Source: Patescibacteria group bacterium
Lineage (GTDB): Bacteria > Patescibacteriota > SICC01
Reading direction: 5' to 3'
Assembly: GCA_040902515.1 (NCBI GenBank)
Contig: JBBDXB010000006.1
Span: 499,419 to 563,418 of the forward strand
DNA length: 64,000 nt
The position numbers were made by a program, and so were the translations under genes. Below the pieces are notes generated by a model. It saw nothing but the letters and a program-made list of their open reading frames with translations, ran no database searches and was not told the origin of the DNA. Below, piece by piece: positions 1 to 10,461 of this stretch (its first letter is position 1; each line of letters begins with the position of its first letter).

Positions 1-2
1 GC

Positions 3-587
3 TGTACGCTCAAGCCCACGCCGGAAACATCAAACACCGAAGCGCTGGCGGGAGTCGTGGAGAAGGAGCTCCGGAAGCAGGGAGCGGAGACGGAACTGCT
101 CCGGGTGGTCGACTACGACGTCCATCCCGGCGTGAGCAATGACGAAGGTGCCGGTGACGAATGGCCGATCATCCGGGAGAAGGTCCTGGCGGCGGACATC
201 CTGGTCATCGCCACGCCGACCTGGCTCGGGCAGCAATCCAGCATGGCCAAACGGGTGCTGGAGCGGCTCGATGCCGTGATCTTCGAGACGGACGACGCCG
301 GACGCCCGCCGGCGTACAACAAGGTCGCAGGGGTCGTAGTGACCGGCACGTCGGACGGCGCGCACTGGGTAGCCGCCGACGTCCAGGCGGCGCTGATCGA
401 GATCGGATTCACCGTGCCGGGACAGTCTTGGACGTACTGGAACATCGGGCCGGGAGGTGGCAAGGGCTATACCGAGACCGACCAGGGGCACGACTGGTCG
501 GAGTCGACCGGCAAGGCGGCTGCCTCGAACCTCTACGCCGTGGCGGAAGCGCTCCGGGCGAATCCGATCCCGGCGCCGCCGAAGTAG
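3..587 (+). CDS. Flavodoxin-like NAD(P)H-dependent FMN reductase family protein (5'-truncated by window edge)
   Basis: Frame is open from position 3 (CTLKPTPETSNTEAL...). Motifs ADILVIATPTWLG and YNKVAGVVVTG are typical of the flavodoxin/FMN_red family. Confidence 0.85.
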   Translation, partial: CTLKPTPETSNTEALAGVVEKELRKQGAETELLRVVDYDVHPGVSNDEGAGDEWPIIREKVLAADILVIATPTWLGQQSSMAKRVLERLDAVIFETDDAGRPPAYNKVAGVVVTGTSDGAHWVAADVQAALIEIGFTVPGQSWTYWNIGPGGGKGYTETDQGHDWSESTGKAAASNLYAVAEALRANPIPAPPK

Positions 588-602
588 CCTCGAGCGGTTG
601 TC

Positions 603-1601
603 TTATGCGGCCGCGTACACGCGGGCCGTACCCCCGCGTTCACCGATCAGCAGCTCTCCGGTCACTCCGAAACTGACGGTGGTCACGTCTTTGTGTTCCC
701 GATCGGCAACCACCCTCAGGGCGCGCTCCTCGCACAGCGCAGGCACCGAAAGCACGGCGATCCGTTCCTGATCGGCCACGGCCAGGAGTGTCCCGTCCGG
801 GCTGAAGTCGAAGCTCTCGATCTCGTCGATGCCCAGCGAGTCGGTCTTGATTCGTTTCGGCCCGCCGCCATCCAGGGAGTACGTCACGAAGTCGCCGTCG
901 TCTTCGCGGGCAATGATGCTGCGACCGCCCGGGATGAAAGCCACGAATTCGATCGGTCGGGGCAACGATTGCTCGTAGACGGACCGGTATGTCCCGTCGG
1001 GATTCCGGCTAAGGAGGCCGATCGTATCGCGACCATCGGCACTTTCCGCGGGGATGGTGCGATAGGCCACGGCATTGCCCTGGCGATTGAATTCCACCTG
1101 GTGCAACTCCCGCTCTCCCAGAGGAATCGTGGCGACCGGTTCCTTCGACCGATCCACGTCGTAGATCCTGAGCGACCGTTCGCCGCCCCGGCCGCGCTTG
1201 GTGTGGGCCGTCGCGATGCGCGTGCCGGTTTGGTCGATGGTAAAGACATCGTCCTGCACGAAGGACGCGTCACGGCGCTCACCGGCCTGGCGTTCTCCGT
1301 CGGTGACGAGCTGCACCAGCTCCTTACCGCCGACCCGTTTCACAAAGGCCACATCGCCGCTATCGCCGATGAAGACATCGTGGATCGGCTTTCCCTGCTC
1401 CGTGCCGAGCAGTTCGTTCAGGGTGCCATCGGCGTCGATGGCGACCAGCCTGGTCCGAGTGGCAAGGATGACGGTGCCGTCGACGTTCGCTACCGACGCT
1501 TCAAGGATGCTGCGTCCTGCCGTGCGCTCGACGGGTTCCGCTGAGAGGTCCGGGATCGGAATCCTTTCTACCATGGGCGTCCTTCGTTCATGACGATTCA
1601 T
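603..1601 (-). CDS. WD40/beta-propeller repeat protein
   Basis: Repeated blade motifs VEFNRQGNAVA, VAFIPGGRSII, FDFSPDGTLLAV and VSFGVTGELLIG. Confidence 0.75.
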   Translation of the reverse strand: MNRHERRTPMVERIPIPDLSAEPVERTAGRSILEASVANVDGTVILATRTRLVAIDADGTLNELLGTEQGKPIHDVFIGDSGDVAFVKRVGGKELVQLVTDGERQAGERRDASFVQDDVFTIDQTGTRIATAHTKRGRGGERSLRIYDVDRSKEPVATIPLGERELHQVEFNRQGNAVAYRTIPAESADGRDTIGLLSRNPDGTYRSVYEQSLPRPIEFVAFIPGGRSIIAREDDGDFVTYSLDGGGPKRIKTDSLGIDEIESFDFSPDGTLLAVADQERIAVLSVPALCEERALRVVADREHKDVTTVSFGVTGELLIGERGGTARVYAAA

Positions 1602-1656
1602 CTTACCGTTAACGTGGTTAAAAAGACAATAAAACAGGTATAATCAGACGCTCTCC

Positions 1657-4600
1657 ATGAAAGCCATGCCACCAGAACGGACCGAGTCCGCGACGCCGGA
1701 AATCATCGAGCGCCCGCTCGAGCAGACCGATCTCGATCGGTTCGTGACGGATTATTTCGACGACCACTCCGAGTATCTTTCCCTGCTCGTGGACTTGGGC
1801 AATTACACGGAGGAAGACCTGACCCCCAACGAGCTTACCGAGATGCTCGACATCGATGCTGAACGGCTGGAGCGGCTTGGCCTCGGATACTACCTTCGTG
1901 CTGCGAAGTTAAGTGATGAACCCCGGCTGTTCCATGAAGCAGGTCCCGTGCCGCGAGGGCGTCTACTGGCCGAGCATGGCGTTGACATCCCGCGCCCGGT
2001 CACGGCCGTCGACCTGGTGACCTTGCAGTACCTGATGGACACTACCGAAATTACCGATGACGTCGATGGCCGCCGGGCCGTGCTCATGAAGCCCGCCGGC
2101 CGCACGCTGGAAGCGGGGGATGCCTGCTATTCCGGGAACGGGTTACAGAGGATCTATGACGCCGCGCATGGGAAGATCGGCCGGATCGCCGAGAACATCA
2201 CGGTGCACATGAATGACCGCCTGGGGGAATGCCTGAAGGTGCTCGATGACCAGCCGCTCCCGGTCCGGGAGGGTGCGGTTTGCAAGGCCCGACTCGGGTT
2301 GGCGGAGATATTAGAACGGCACGAAAACGTCCGTCGGGCCATCCTGCACAGCATGCCGATCTGGGAATTACATGAGCACGTCAAATCGGATCGACGGACG
2401 ATCGAGGCACTGGCCGAACGGACCGGCGCGCTCAGCAATGATCCGGTCGACGATCTCCGTAGGTTCAGTCTTCGCGGCTTCATGAAGGATCATCGGGAGC
2501 ATGTGGTAGCGGACGATGTGCAGTTCCGTTCGTTCGAGGCAACCACGGCACATTCGCCGTTGATACGCCAGGACGTACTATTCGGCGTTTTCTCCGATCC
2601 CCGGCCGATGGAGGTGCAGCGCTCGGCGGCTGTGCAGGTGCGGGAACTTCTCGCTGAACGGGTGCTGGCGAGCCGGCCGGAGTGGGATGCGCTCCGGCGA
2701 CGGTATCAGTCGGAAAAGCTGGTCGAAGGCTGGGACCTTTCCGTGCGTCTGGAAGACTTCGCGTTGATGGTGGCTCGTCTCGGCACGGAACGGACGGATG
2801 CGCTGCTTCGCGGCAGCGACGATATCGGTCGCACGCTGCGAGGCTTCGGACTGCTGGAACAGGTCGGCAAAGTCCGATCTCTGGACGCCACCGGCGAACT
2901 GGAAGCGGAAGTCGGATCAGCCGGAAGAATCCTGGACGGCGGACTCTGGGAAAACCTGCGTTTCCTCTCGGCCAGCTGGACCAGGGTCGGGAAGTATCCC
3001 GGCACTCCGTTCTCCGAACCGGTACCGGAGACGGACGAGGCGATGGACGCGTTCTGCTATGACCGCTGCCGCCTGGTGTACGAACGGGCAGCGGCGGCAT
3101 ATGCGGCCGATCCCTGGAAGCATTCGGAGACCGGAGCGGTCATCCCGTTCGAAGCGGCGGTCCTGACACAGAAGATCGAATGGATGTACTACGACATCGA
3201 CGTGCCCGGCGTATCCGAGGAAACGATCCGGACCGTCCTGGCCAGCTCACCGGTAACCGTCGATACGTTAGGGGACCATTACCGGATAGCCTGGTCCGAG
3301 GAGCATGGCAAGATGCCGGAAGACCCCGAGGAACGACAGAAGTACCTGGTCCGGGAGGCCGTCGACAGGGCGGCGTTCCTGAGAGACCTGTTCGAGCAGG
3401 CCGCCGCGCACCCGGAAGCGCCGGGGAGATTACTACTGGCCGAAACCCTTGAAAAACGGCAAGCGGAACTGGCCGAGGAGGGGGAAGACCGGAGCCTGGA
3501 AGCGTACTTCACCCCCCATGAACGTACGCTCTATGTGATCCACGCGGAAGAGCTTGCCAAGGTGAGGAAATATGAATGCTTGGCGGAAATCGCGACTTGG
3601 CGCGGTTCGCTCGAGCCGGAGGATCGGGCGCGGTTCGCGCCGCCGGCCGAGGACCTGGACGACCTGGTCTGGTTGTGGCGGATCGCGGAGGAGGGGCCGC
3701 AGGGGCAGTCGCGCTACTACCAAGCTGTCGAAGCATTGGGCCATCGTATCGTCCGGAACTACGTCTGCCTCTTCAACAGTCCCGAGCGGCGCCGTCCGGC
3801 AATGCTCTTCCCGCTCACGGACCGCCTGAAATGGACCGCATACCTTGATCGGGTAACGAAGTCGGAGATGGTTTCCCTACTGGGAGCAGTCGACAGGCAC
3901 GGGGATCACAGGCACCTTTGCGGACTGCTCGCTGAGTACGACCCGGAGCGTGACCCGCTTCGCGACCGCGGGCCGATCGACTCGCTCCGGACACTCCGGA
4001 GCCGTGTCACCGCGATCCGATCGGGCCTGGATATCAATCGGCTGCCTGGCGAATGGAATGTCCTGCTGGACGCTCCCGGTTTCGACTTCGAAGCGCTGAA
4101 GGACATGATGCACCGGCCGGAGTTCCGGGAACTGCGCGAGGGAGGGCTCGATCGGGAGCAGCCGTACCCTGCGACCTCCCGGCCGTTTCTCCCGGAGCGT
4201 CCGTTGACGGAAGCGGTCTCGGCTGCGCTGGGGTCCCAGCGCGAGGGACGGCCCGGCGCGGCGACCCGGCCGAAGCGGCTCTTCCACGAGCTGAAGCACC
4301 TGTTGGCAGAGCGGCGGCCGGATTTGCAGGTGGGCGACCTGTGCCGGGATGTTCCCGAGGAACTGACGCAGCCCGTGCTGGAAGCCGTCCGCCGGTTCGA
4401 GGCGAGGCCGGAAGCGATCACCGGGCCGGTCCTGCAGGCGACGTTGCACGACAAGTCGGATCCGGAAGGCTGGGTCTGCGGTAACTACACCGACTGCTGC
4501 ATGCCGTTCGGTCGCTCGACCAACAACGATTACATGACGAACCCCCGCACCCAGTACTTCACCGTCAAGTACCGGGGCCGGGTCATCGCCCAGTCGGTAG

Positions 4601-4917
4601 TCATCCAGTCAGAGCGGATCAGCGACGGTGTACCGGCGATCGTGCTCGACAGTATCGAGATAGCGAAGAAGTACGCCCCCATGCTGCCGCAGATCAACGC
4701 GTCGTACCGTGGCTTCTGGAACGGCCGGTGGGGGCAGCCGATCCTGGTGGGGGCGAACGATCCGGCCCATCCGATGACCGGGGAGCGCGCCGACGGTACG
4801 GCGCTTCGGGAGACGTATCGCCCCCTCGGACCCGTCGACTACACCGACTCCTGGAACTACCACCTCTTCCCGTTCGGCGGAAGCGCGGACGAGGGAAGCC
4901 AGGCTCCGGCAGCCTGA
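1657..4917 (+). CDS. Large hypothetical protein (1086 aa) with C-terminal GNYTDCCMPFG...DSIE domain
   Basis: Long ORF with normal codon usage and an upstream TATAAT. No family recognised with certainty. Confidence 0.85.
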   Translation: MKAMPPERTESATPEIIERPLEQTDLDRFVTDYFDDHSEYLSLLVDLGNYTEEDLTPNELTEMLDIDAERLERLGLGYYLRAAKLSDEPRLFHEAGPVPRGRLLAEHGVDIPRPVTAVDLVTLQYLMDTTEITDDVDGRRAVLMKPAGRTLEAGDACYSGNGLQRIYDAAHGKIGRIAENITVHMNDRLGECLKVLDDQPLPVREGAVCKARLGLAEILERHENVRRAILHSMPIWELHEHVKSDRRTIEALAERTGALSNDPVDDLRRFSLRGFMKDHREHVVADDVQFRSFEATTAHSPLIRQDVLFGVFSDPRPMEVQRSAAVQVRELLAERVLASRPEWDALRRRYQSEKLVEGWDLSVRLEDFALMVARLGTERTDALLRGSDDIGRTLRGFGLLEQVGKVRSLDATGELEAEVGSAGRILDGGLWENLRFLSASWTRVGKYPGTPFSEPVPETDEAMDAFCYDRCRLVYERAAAAYAADPWKHSETGAVIPFEAAVLTQKIEWMYYDIDVPGVSEETIRTVLASSPVTVDTLGDHYRIAWSEEHGKMPEDPEERQKYLVREAVDRAAFLRDLFEQAAAHPEAPGRLLLAETLEKRQAELAEEGEDRSLEAYFTPHERTLYVIHAEELAKVRKYECLAEIATWRGSLEPEDRARFAPPAEDLDDLVWLWRIAEEGPQGQSRYYQAVEALGHRIVRNYVCLFNSPERRRPAMLFPLTDRLKWTAYLDRVTKSEMVSLLGAVDRHGDHRHLCGLLAEYDPERDPLRDRGPIDSLRTLRSRVTAIRSGLDINRLPGEWNVLLDAPGFDFEALKDMMHRPEFRELREGGLDREQPYPATSRPFLPERPLTEAVSAALGSQREGRPGAATRPKRLFHELKHLLAERRPDLQVGDLCRDVPEELTQPVLEAVRRFEARPEAITGPVLQATLHDKSDPEGWVCGNYTDCCMPFGRSTNNDYMTNPRTQYFTVKYRGRVIAQSVVIQSERISDGVPAIVLDSIEIAKKYAPMLPQINASYRGFWNGRWGQPILVGANDPAHPMTGERADGTALRETYRPLGPVDYTDSWNYHLFPFGGSADEGSQAPAA

Positions 4918-4956
4918 AAAAGCTGATTCCGCACGGCTTGTTGGTACACTGGGCGT

Positions 4957-6705
4957 ATGCTGCGAACACACACACTCGGAGAACTCCGGCCGAAGCATGC
5001 CGGCAAGGCCGTCACGTTGGCCGGCTGGGTGCACCGCCGTCGCGACCATGGCGGGCTGATCTTCATCGACCTGCGCGACCGGGATGGCCTGACCCAGCTG
5101 GTCCTGCATCCCGAGCAGGAAGCGGCGTTCAAGACGGTCGACGGCGCCCGTCCGGAGTGGGTGCTACAGGTGACCGGCGCGGTACGGAAGCGCTCGAAAG
5201 AGACGATCAATCCCGACCTTGCGACCGGCGAAGTGGAAGTCGCGGTGGAGCAGGTGAACGTCCTGGCCCGGTCGCAGACACCGCCGTTCGAGATCGATTC
5301 GCAGGGAGACGTGGGCGAGGAGATCCGCCTGAAGCACCGGTATCTGGATTTGCGGAAAGAGGTGGGTGACCGGATCCGTCGTCGCCACGAGGTAATCAAG
5401 GCGATCCGCGGCTTCTACGACACACAGGGATTCACCGAGGTCGAGACGCCTCTCCTGACCAGCAGCTCGCCGGAAGGCGCACGCGACTTCGTCGTGCCGA
5501 GCCGCGTGCATCCGCACCAGTTCTACGCACTGCCGCAGGCACCGCAGCTCTTCAAGCAGCTCCTGATGGTCGGCGGGATGGACCGGTACTACCAGATCGC
5601 GCGGGTATTCCGCGACGAGGACCTGCGCGGCGACCGTCAGCCGGAGTTCACGCAGATCGACGTGGAGATGACCTTCGCCGAGGAGGAAGACGTGATCGGA
5701 CTGAACGAGCGGCTCGCGACCGATATCACCAGACAGTTCACCAAGAAGAAGATCCCGAAGACGCCGTTCCCGCGGCTCACGTACCGTGAGGCGTTGGAGC
5801 GGTTCGGGACGGACCGGCCGGACCTTCGGTTCGGGATGGAGCTCCGGGACGTGACGGATGTAGTGAGGAAGAGCGACTTCAAGGTGTTCACGGACGCCGA
5901 CCAGGTGAAGGCGGTCGTCGTGCCGGATGCCGCGGACCTGAGCCGTGGCGAGATCGACACGCTCACCACGTTCGCGACGGAAGAGGGGGCGAAGGGCCTG
6001 GCTTGGCTGAAGGTGCCGAAGTCCGGAACGTTCGACAGCCCGATCGTGAAGTTCCTGCCGGACGACGTGCAGAAAGCCCTGCATAAGGCGCTCGGCACAA
6101 AGGCCGGTGACCTGGCCCTGTTCGTCGCCGACCGACCGCCGGTGGTGGCGAAGGTGCTGTCGGCGATCCGCCACCGGATCGGTCGCGAACGCGGCCTCGC
6201 CGACCCCGACGTGTTCGCGTTCGCTTGGATCACCGAATTCCCGATGTACGAACGCGACGACGACACCGGCCGCTGGGACTTCAGCCACAACCCGTTCTCG
6301 ATGGTCGCGAATCCGGAAGCGCTCGACGAGGAATCGCTGGAGGAGGTCCGCGGCCGTCAGTACGACCTGGTCCTGAACGGCGAGGAAATCGCCGGTGGCG
6401 CGATCCGGAACCACGATCCGGAATTGCTGAGGAAGGTCTTCGGGAAAGTCGGTTACAAGGAGGACCACTTCGAGAAGGCTTTCGGGCACTTCCTCGAGGC
6501 GTTCAAGTACGGCATGCCGCCGCACGGCGGAATCGCCTGGGGGCTGGACCGCTTCCTGATGCTGCTGATGGACCAGCCGAACATCCGCGAGGTGATCGCG
6601 TTCCCGAAGAACCAGCGTGCCGAGGACCCGATGATGCAGGCGCCGCGCGAGCTCGAACCGGAACAGCTCCGGGACGTGCACATCCAGCTGCGGAAGCGGG
6701 ATTAG
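4957..6705 (+). CDS. aspS: Aspartate--tRNA ligase
   Basis: N-terminus MLRTH..GWVHRRRDHGGLIFIDLRD; ALPQAPQLFKQLLM; FRDEDLRGDRQPEFTQ; PPHGGIAWGLDR. Confidence 0.98.
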   Translation: MLRTHTLGELRPKHAGKAVTLAGWVHRRRDHGGLIFIDLRDRDGLTQLVLHPEQEAAFKTVDGARPEWVLQVTGAVRKRSKETINPDLATGEVEVAVEQVNVLARSQTPPFEIDSQGDVGEEIRLKHRYLDLRKEVGDRIRRRHEVIKAIRGFYDTQGFTEVETPLLTSSSPEGARDFVVPSRVHPHQFYALPQAPQLFKQLLMVGGMDRYYQIARVFRDEDLRGDRQPEFTQIDVEMTFAEEEDVIGLNERLATDITRQFTKKKIPKTPFPRLTYREALERFGTDRPDLRFGMELRDVTDVVRKSDFKVFTDADQVKAVVVPDAADLSRGEIDTLTTFATEEGAKGLAWLKVPKSGTFDSPIVKFLPDDVQKALHKALGTKAGDLALFVADRPPVVAKVLSAIRHRIGRERGLADPDVFAFAWITEFPMYERDDDTGRWDFSHNPFSMVANPEALDEESLEEVRGRQYDLVLNGEEIAGGAIRNHDPELLRKVFGKVGYKEDHFEKAFGHFLEAFKYGMPPHGGIAWGLDRFLMLLMDQPNIREVIAFPKNQRAEDPMMQAPRELEPEQLRDVHIQLRKRD

Positions 6706-6844
6706 TCGCCACCCCACGGCAATCCGGGATTCTCCTCAGGGCACCTCGCGACGAAGCGAGATGCGCTCAGGAGATGCCTGTTCCCAATCGGTCCGCTGGA
6801 GTGCGGGGAATCGGGAACAGGCGGTGCGTCAGCGATACGGGAGG

Positions 6845-7261
6845 TCAGTAGAGCGGGGCGTCGATGAGCTCGGGGTCCGGACCGTCGATGTCGTAGACCC
6901 CTTGCAGGCCCCAGTGGATCCTTGTGGCGGGGTCGAGCGGGATGACGAAGAACGTCACGTCCTCGTGGCCGATGCGCATGGCGAACGCCCCGAAGCGATC
7001 CACCTCGACGGGAATGCTGAGCCGGTGCATCGATCCGCCTGAGCTGCGCCACCCTACGTAGAACGAAGGGAACGGGCCGTACGCAGGTCGGCAGACCACG
7101 AACACGGCCGCCTTCGTCCACGAATCGATGACCGCGCCGACGTCCGCGTCCGGGTCCTTGGGCCAGGGCGTGGCATCCGGGTCACCAGGCACCGTGATCG
7201 ACGGCAACTCCGGCCAGTACTTCGGGTCGCCGAGGCCGTGCTCGGCCTTCATGTCGCGCAT
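6845..7261 (-). CDS. Hypothetical protein
   Basis: 138-aa ORF with an upstream GAAGGA SD. It converges on aspS, with hairpins in between. Confidence 0.6.
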   Translation of the reverse strand: MRDMKAEHGLGDPKYWPELPSITVPGDPDATPWPKDPDADVGAVIDSWTKAAVFVVCRPAYGPFPSFYVGWRSSGGSMHRLSIPVEVDRFGAFAMRIGHEDVTFFVIPLDPATRIHWGLQGVYDIDGPDPELIDAPLY

Positions 7262-7391
7262 ATGGTCCTTCCGTCCGGGTTCGATGTAAAAGAGCGCCGA
7301 CGTTCAGTTATCGCGTATTTGAGGTAGGCAGTCAAGGAAAGCGAGGCGGCCTTGTGGCCGGCGTGCGGGGCGGTTCTTATACAATGGACCC

Positions 7392-8333
7392 GTGAAGGCG
7401 TCCCAGATCACCGGCTACGGCGGCAACGAGGTCACGGTACTGGACGATGTCCCCGAGCCGGAAGCAGGGGAGGGCCAGGTGGTGGTCTGGGTATATGCCG
7501 CCGGCGTGAACCCGTTCGACGCGAAGCTCCGGGCGGGAAACTTCAAGGATTCGATCAAGCTTGAATTCCCGGCCACGCTGGGCGGTGACCTGGCCGGCGT
7601 GGTCACGGCGGTCGGACCGGGCGTGTCCGGCGTCTCGGTCGGCGACGAGGTCTACGGTTCGGCGAAGGCAGCGAGCGGCGCTGGCTCCTTCGCCGAGTCC
7701 ACCGTGATATCCGCGGACCAGCTGGCGCCGCGGCCGCCCGGCATCCCGTGGATCGAAGCCGGCGCGCTGCCGCTGGCCGGCTCGAGCGCGTACCAGGTGG
7801 TCGTCGAGCACCTCGGCGTGTCCAAGGGACAGAAGATGCTGGTTCATGGGGGCGCCGGCGGCATCGGTTCGCTGGCCATCCAGATCGCCAAGCATCTCGG
7901 GGCGCACGTGATCACGACGGTCAGTGCCCGGGACCGGGAATTCGCGCGTGAACTCGGCGCCGACGAGATCATCGACTACCGCACCGAATCGTTCACTGAC
8001 CTGGTCCGGGACTGTGATGCCGTCCTCGACACGGTCGGCGGCGATGTCACCAAAGACTCGCTGAAGGTAATCCGCCCTGGCGGCCGCCTCGCCTCGATGC
8101 AGCTCTTCGGCCCGCTCGAGGGGGCCGGGCAGTACGACGTGGAAGTGATTCCCGTGCATGGCAAAGCCACCGCGGACCGCCTCGCCTCGCTGGCGGAACT
8201 GGTCAGCCAGGGAGCGGTGCGGCCCGTCGTCGACAGGACGTTCCCGCTGGAGCAGGCCGGCGAGGCGCTGACCTACCTGCAGGAGGGACATCCGCGCGGG
8301 AAGGTGGTCGTACAGGTGCGCACCGATCAGTAA
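7392..8333 (+). CDS. NADP-dependent oxidoreductase (MDR/quinone oxidoreductase family)
   Basis: AAGVNPFD, HGGAGGIGSLAIQIAK, LGADEIIDY and GKVVV motifs. Confidence 0.93.
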   Translation: MKASQITGYGGNEVTVLDDVPEPEAGEGQVVVWVYAAGVNPFDAKLRAGNFKDSIKLEFPATLGGDLAGVVTAVGPGVSGVSVGDEVYGSAKAASGAGSFAESTVISADQLAPRPPGIPWIEAGALPLAGSSAYQVVVEHLGVSKGQKMLVHGGAGGIGSLAIQIAKHLGAHVITTVSARDREFARELGADEIIDYRTESFTDLVRDCDAVLDTVGGDVTKDSLKVIRPGGRLASMQLFGPLEGAGQYDVEVIPVHGKATADRLASLAELVSQGAVRPVVDRTFPLEQAGEALTYLQEGHPRGKVVVQVRTDQ

Positions 8334-8597
8334 TAGAAAATAAAGGTCCCCGTCCGGCTTCTAAAAAAGAAGTGGTTCCGGACGGGAACGGGCGCTCCAG
8401 GGGCGAGCGTACCCGGAGCGCCTGCCCCGACCGAAGGAAGTGTTGTTAATGCCTTTCCGCCAGGGAAAGAAATCTCACCCGAGCATACTCAAAATGCTTT
8501 TAGAAGACCTTGGTTAAGGGAATAACTGGTAAGCATTGTCGGCTGGCCAGGTCCGCCGCATTGCCAAGGGTATGATTGTCGGGTACGTTAGTTCGCT

Positions 8598-9920
8598 ATG
8601 ACACTACCCCGAAACACCGAGCCAGAGCCGTCGCCGGACGGCACCGAAGGACTGCCGCGCGAAGAAGCGTACCGGCGGGCCGCGGACCGGTTGCTGGTGG
8701 AATCCGTACAACGCCGCGCCGAGGACGCATGGGAGGCGATCAACGGGTTGCCCGAGGAGGTTCCCGCGGACATCGAATCCCGCGTGCCGCACTGGGCGCA
8801 GTTGCTCGATGCGCACGACGCTCTCGAGAGTACCCGTGCCCGGGTGACCCGTGTCGTAGGCAAGGGTGTCGCGGATGCGGAACCGCGTCTCCAATTGGCT
8901 TGGGCGCACACCATCGGTGCCAGCTCGCTCACCGAACTCCGGATGCACCAGTGGGAAGTACCCGGATCCCCACGGCCCAAGACGGCCATCAATGCCGCGG
9001 GCCGGGCGATCGAGACCTACGAGCGGGTCGTCTTCGAGAAACCCGGCACGCTCACGGAAGAACGGCGGGAAGCCGCCATCGCCCACGTCTGGCTGGCCGC
9101 GGACATGATCGAAACGTCGGAGGAGATCGGGTTGGAGCGGTATCCCCAGCAGAGGCGCTGGACCGCCCGGGCGCTCGAGGTCGCGAAGGTCGGTCGCCAG
9201 CGGATGCGACGCGGCCGCGATGCTGAGGCACCGCTGGCGAAACTCGACGCGGCGGAGATCGCGCTGCGCCGGTCGGTGGTCTCCATGGAGACCAAGCCGG
9301 TACCTCCGAAGTTCGTCCGGCGACACACCACGGCGATCCTGGATATCGCGGACCGGTACCGTGAGCGCGAAGCCGAGCTCGGACTCAGCGCTCAGGAGCT
9401 ACTGGAGATCGCGCAGGCCGACCTGGTCGCCGCGGAGCAGATCGGGCTGGAAGTGGAATCCCGTCATGGGGCGGTCGCGCTGCTTTTGCACCGGGTCGAG
9501 CGTGAACGGGAGGAGACGTTCGAGGCCAACGTGGCCCGTATCGATAACCGGTGCAAAGGTCTGGTCGACCAGGCACACGATGCCGGCACGGCGGTCGGCG
9601 AAACGTTCGCGTACTACTTCGATACGGAAACCTCGACGATGCTCGAACTGCGTAGCGATCCGGGGCGGGTACGGATCCTGCCGTGGGTCCACGATCAGGA
9701 GCACGACACGTACGTGCGCCGTCCGGGCGGGGTCAAGAAAACGGAGGTCAAGCAGTACGGATGGGAGCATGACGAGGACGGACTGCCGAAAGATTTCTTT
9801 TCCTTCCATGCGCTCACCCGTGACCTGCGAGGCGATGCCGCCGACGCAGCCGCGGAGCTCGCGAAAACCTTGCATCGGGACCTCGTACCGGTACATCCGT
9901 CCCGGATTCGCCGCGGCTGA
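8598..9920 (+). CDS. Hypothetical helical protein
   Basis: 440-aa ORF with coding-like codon usage; no motif recognised. Confidence 0.75.
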   Translation: MTLPRNTEPEPSPDGTEGLPREEAYRRAADRLLVESVQRRAEDAWEAINGLPEEVPADIESRVPHWAQLLDAHDALESTRARVTRVVGKGVADAEPRLQLAWAHTIGASSLTELRMHQWEVPGSPRPKTAINAAGRAIETYERVVFEKPGTLTEERREAAIAHVWLAADMIETSEEIGLERYPQQRRWTARALEVAKVGRQRMRRGRDAEAPLAKLDAAEIALRRSVVSMETKPVPPKFVRRHTTAILDIADRYREREAELGLSAQELLEIAQADLVAAEQIGLEVESRHGAVALLLHRVEREREETFEANVARIDNRCKGLVDQAHDAGTAVGETFAYYFDTETSTMLELRSDPGRVRILPWVHDQEHDTYVRRPGGVKKTEVKQYGWEHDEDGLPKDFFSFHALTRDLRGDAADAAAELAKTLHRDLVPVHPSRIRRG

Positions 9921-10032
9921 GCGGCCTTCAGCATGCAGTACCCGTCGGGGTATTTTTTGTTGGTGATGCACGAGGTAGCGACGGACCGAAAGGCGTACAA
10001 TGGCCTCGCAGTAACTCGATCACGGAGGCTCC

Positions 10033-10461
10033 ATGAGCGACACGACCCTGACCCCATATCTTAGCTTCAAGGACAGCAAGACCAAGGAGGCCATGGAGTT
10101 CTACCGAGGCATCTTCGGTGGCGAACTGAAGATGCAGACGTTCGGTGACACGCCGATGGACTTTCCGGAAGAGAAGAAGGCGCTGATCATGCACGCCTCG
10201 CTCGAAGGCGGGGCGATGAACCTGTTCGCCAGCGACGGTGCGAAGGACGAGGACTACGTGGCCGGGACGAACGTGAATCTTTCGATCAACGGCTCGGATG
10301 AGCAAAAGCTTCGGGAGTACTTCGACGACCTCAGCGAAGGCGGCACAGTGACGATGCCACTCGAGAAGGCGTTCTGGGGTGACCTCTTCGGCATGGTGAC
10401 CGACAAGTACGGCATCCACTGGATGGTGAACGTCGGCAGCGGGGAAATGGGGTCGGCATGA
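10033..10461 (+). CDS. VOC/PhnB family protein
   Basis: LTPYLSF..EAMEFY..IMHASL..FWGDLFGMVTDKYGIHW; GGAGG SD. Confidence 0.92.
   Translation: MSDTTLTPYLSFKDSKTKEAMEFYRGIFGGELKMQTFGDTPMDFPEEKKALIMHASLEGGAMNLFASDGAKDEDYVAGTNVNLSINGSDEQKLREYFDDLSEGGTVTMPLEKAFWGDLFGMVTDKYGIHWMVNVGSGEMGSA

Noticed and set aside
5164-6717. 517-aa ORF antisense to aspS, and similar shadows over argS, PMT and others
   Set aside because: Same high-GC antisense artefact; the sense genes carry clear family motifs.
8410-8475. Glycine riboswitch-like CCGAAGG
   Set aside because: Lacks the GGAGA and CTCTCAGG elements and has no relevant downstream gene.
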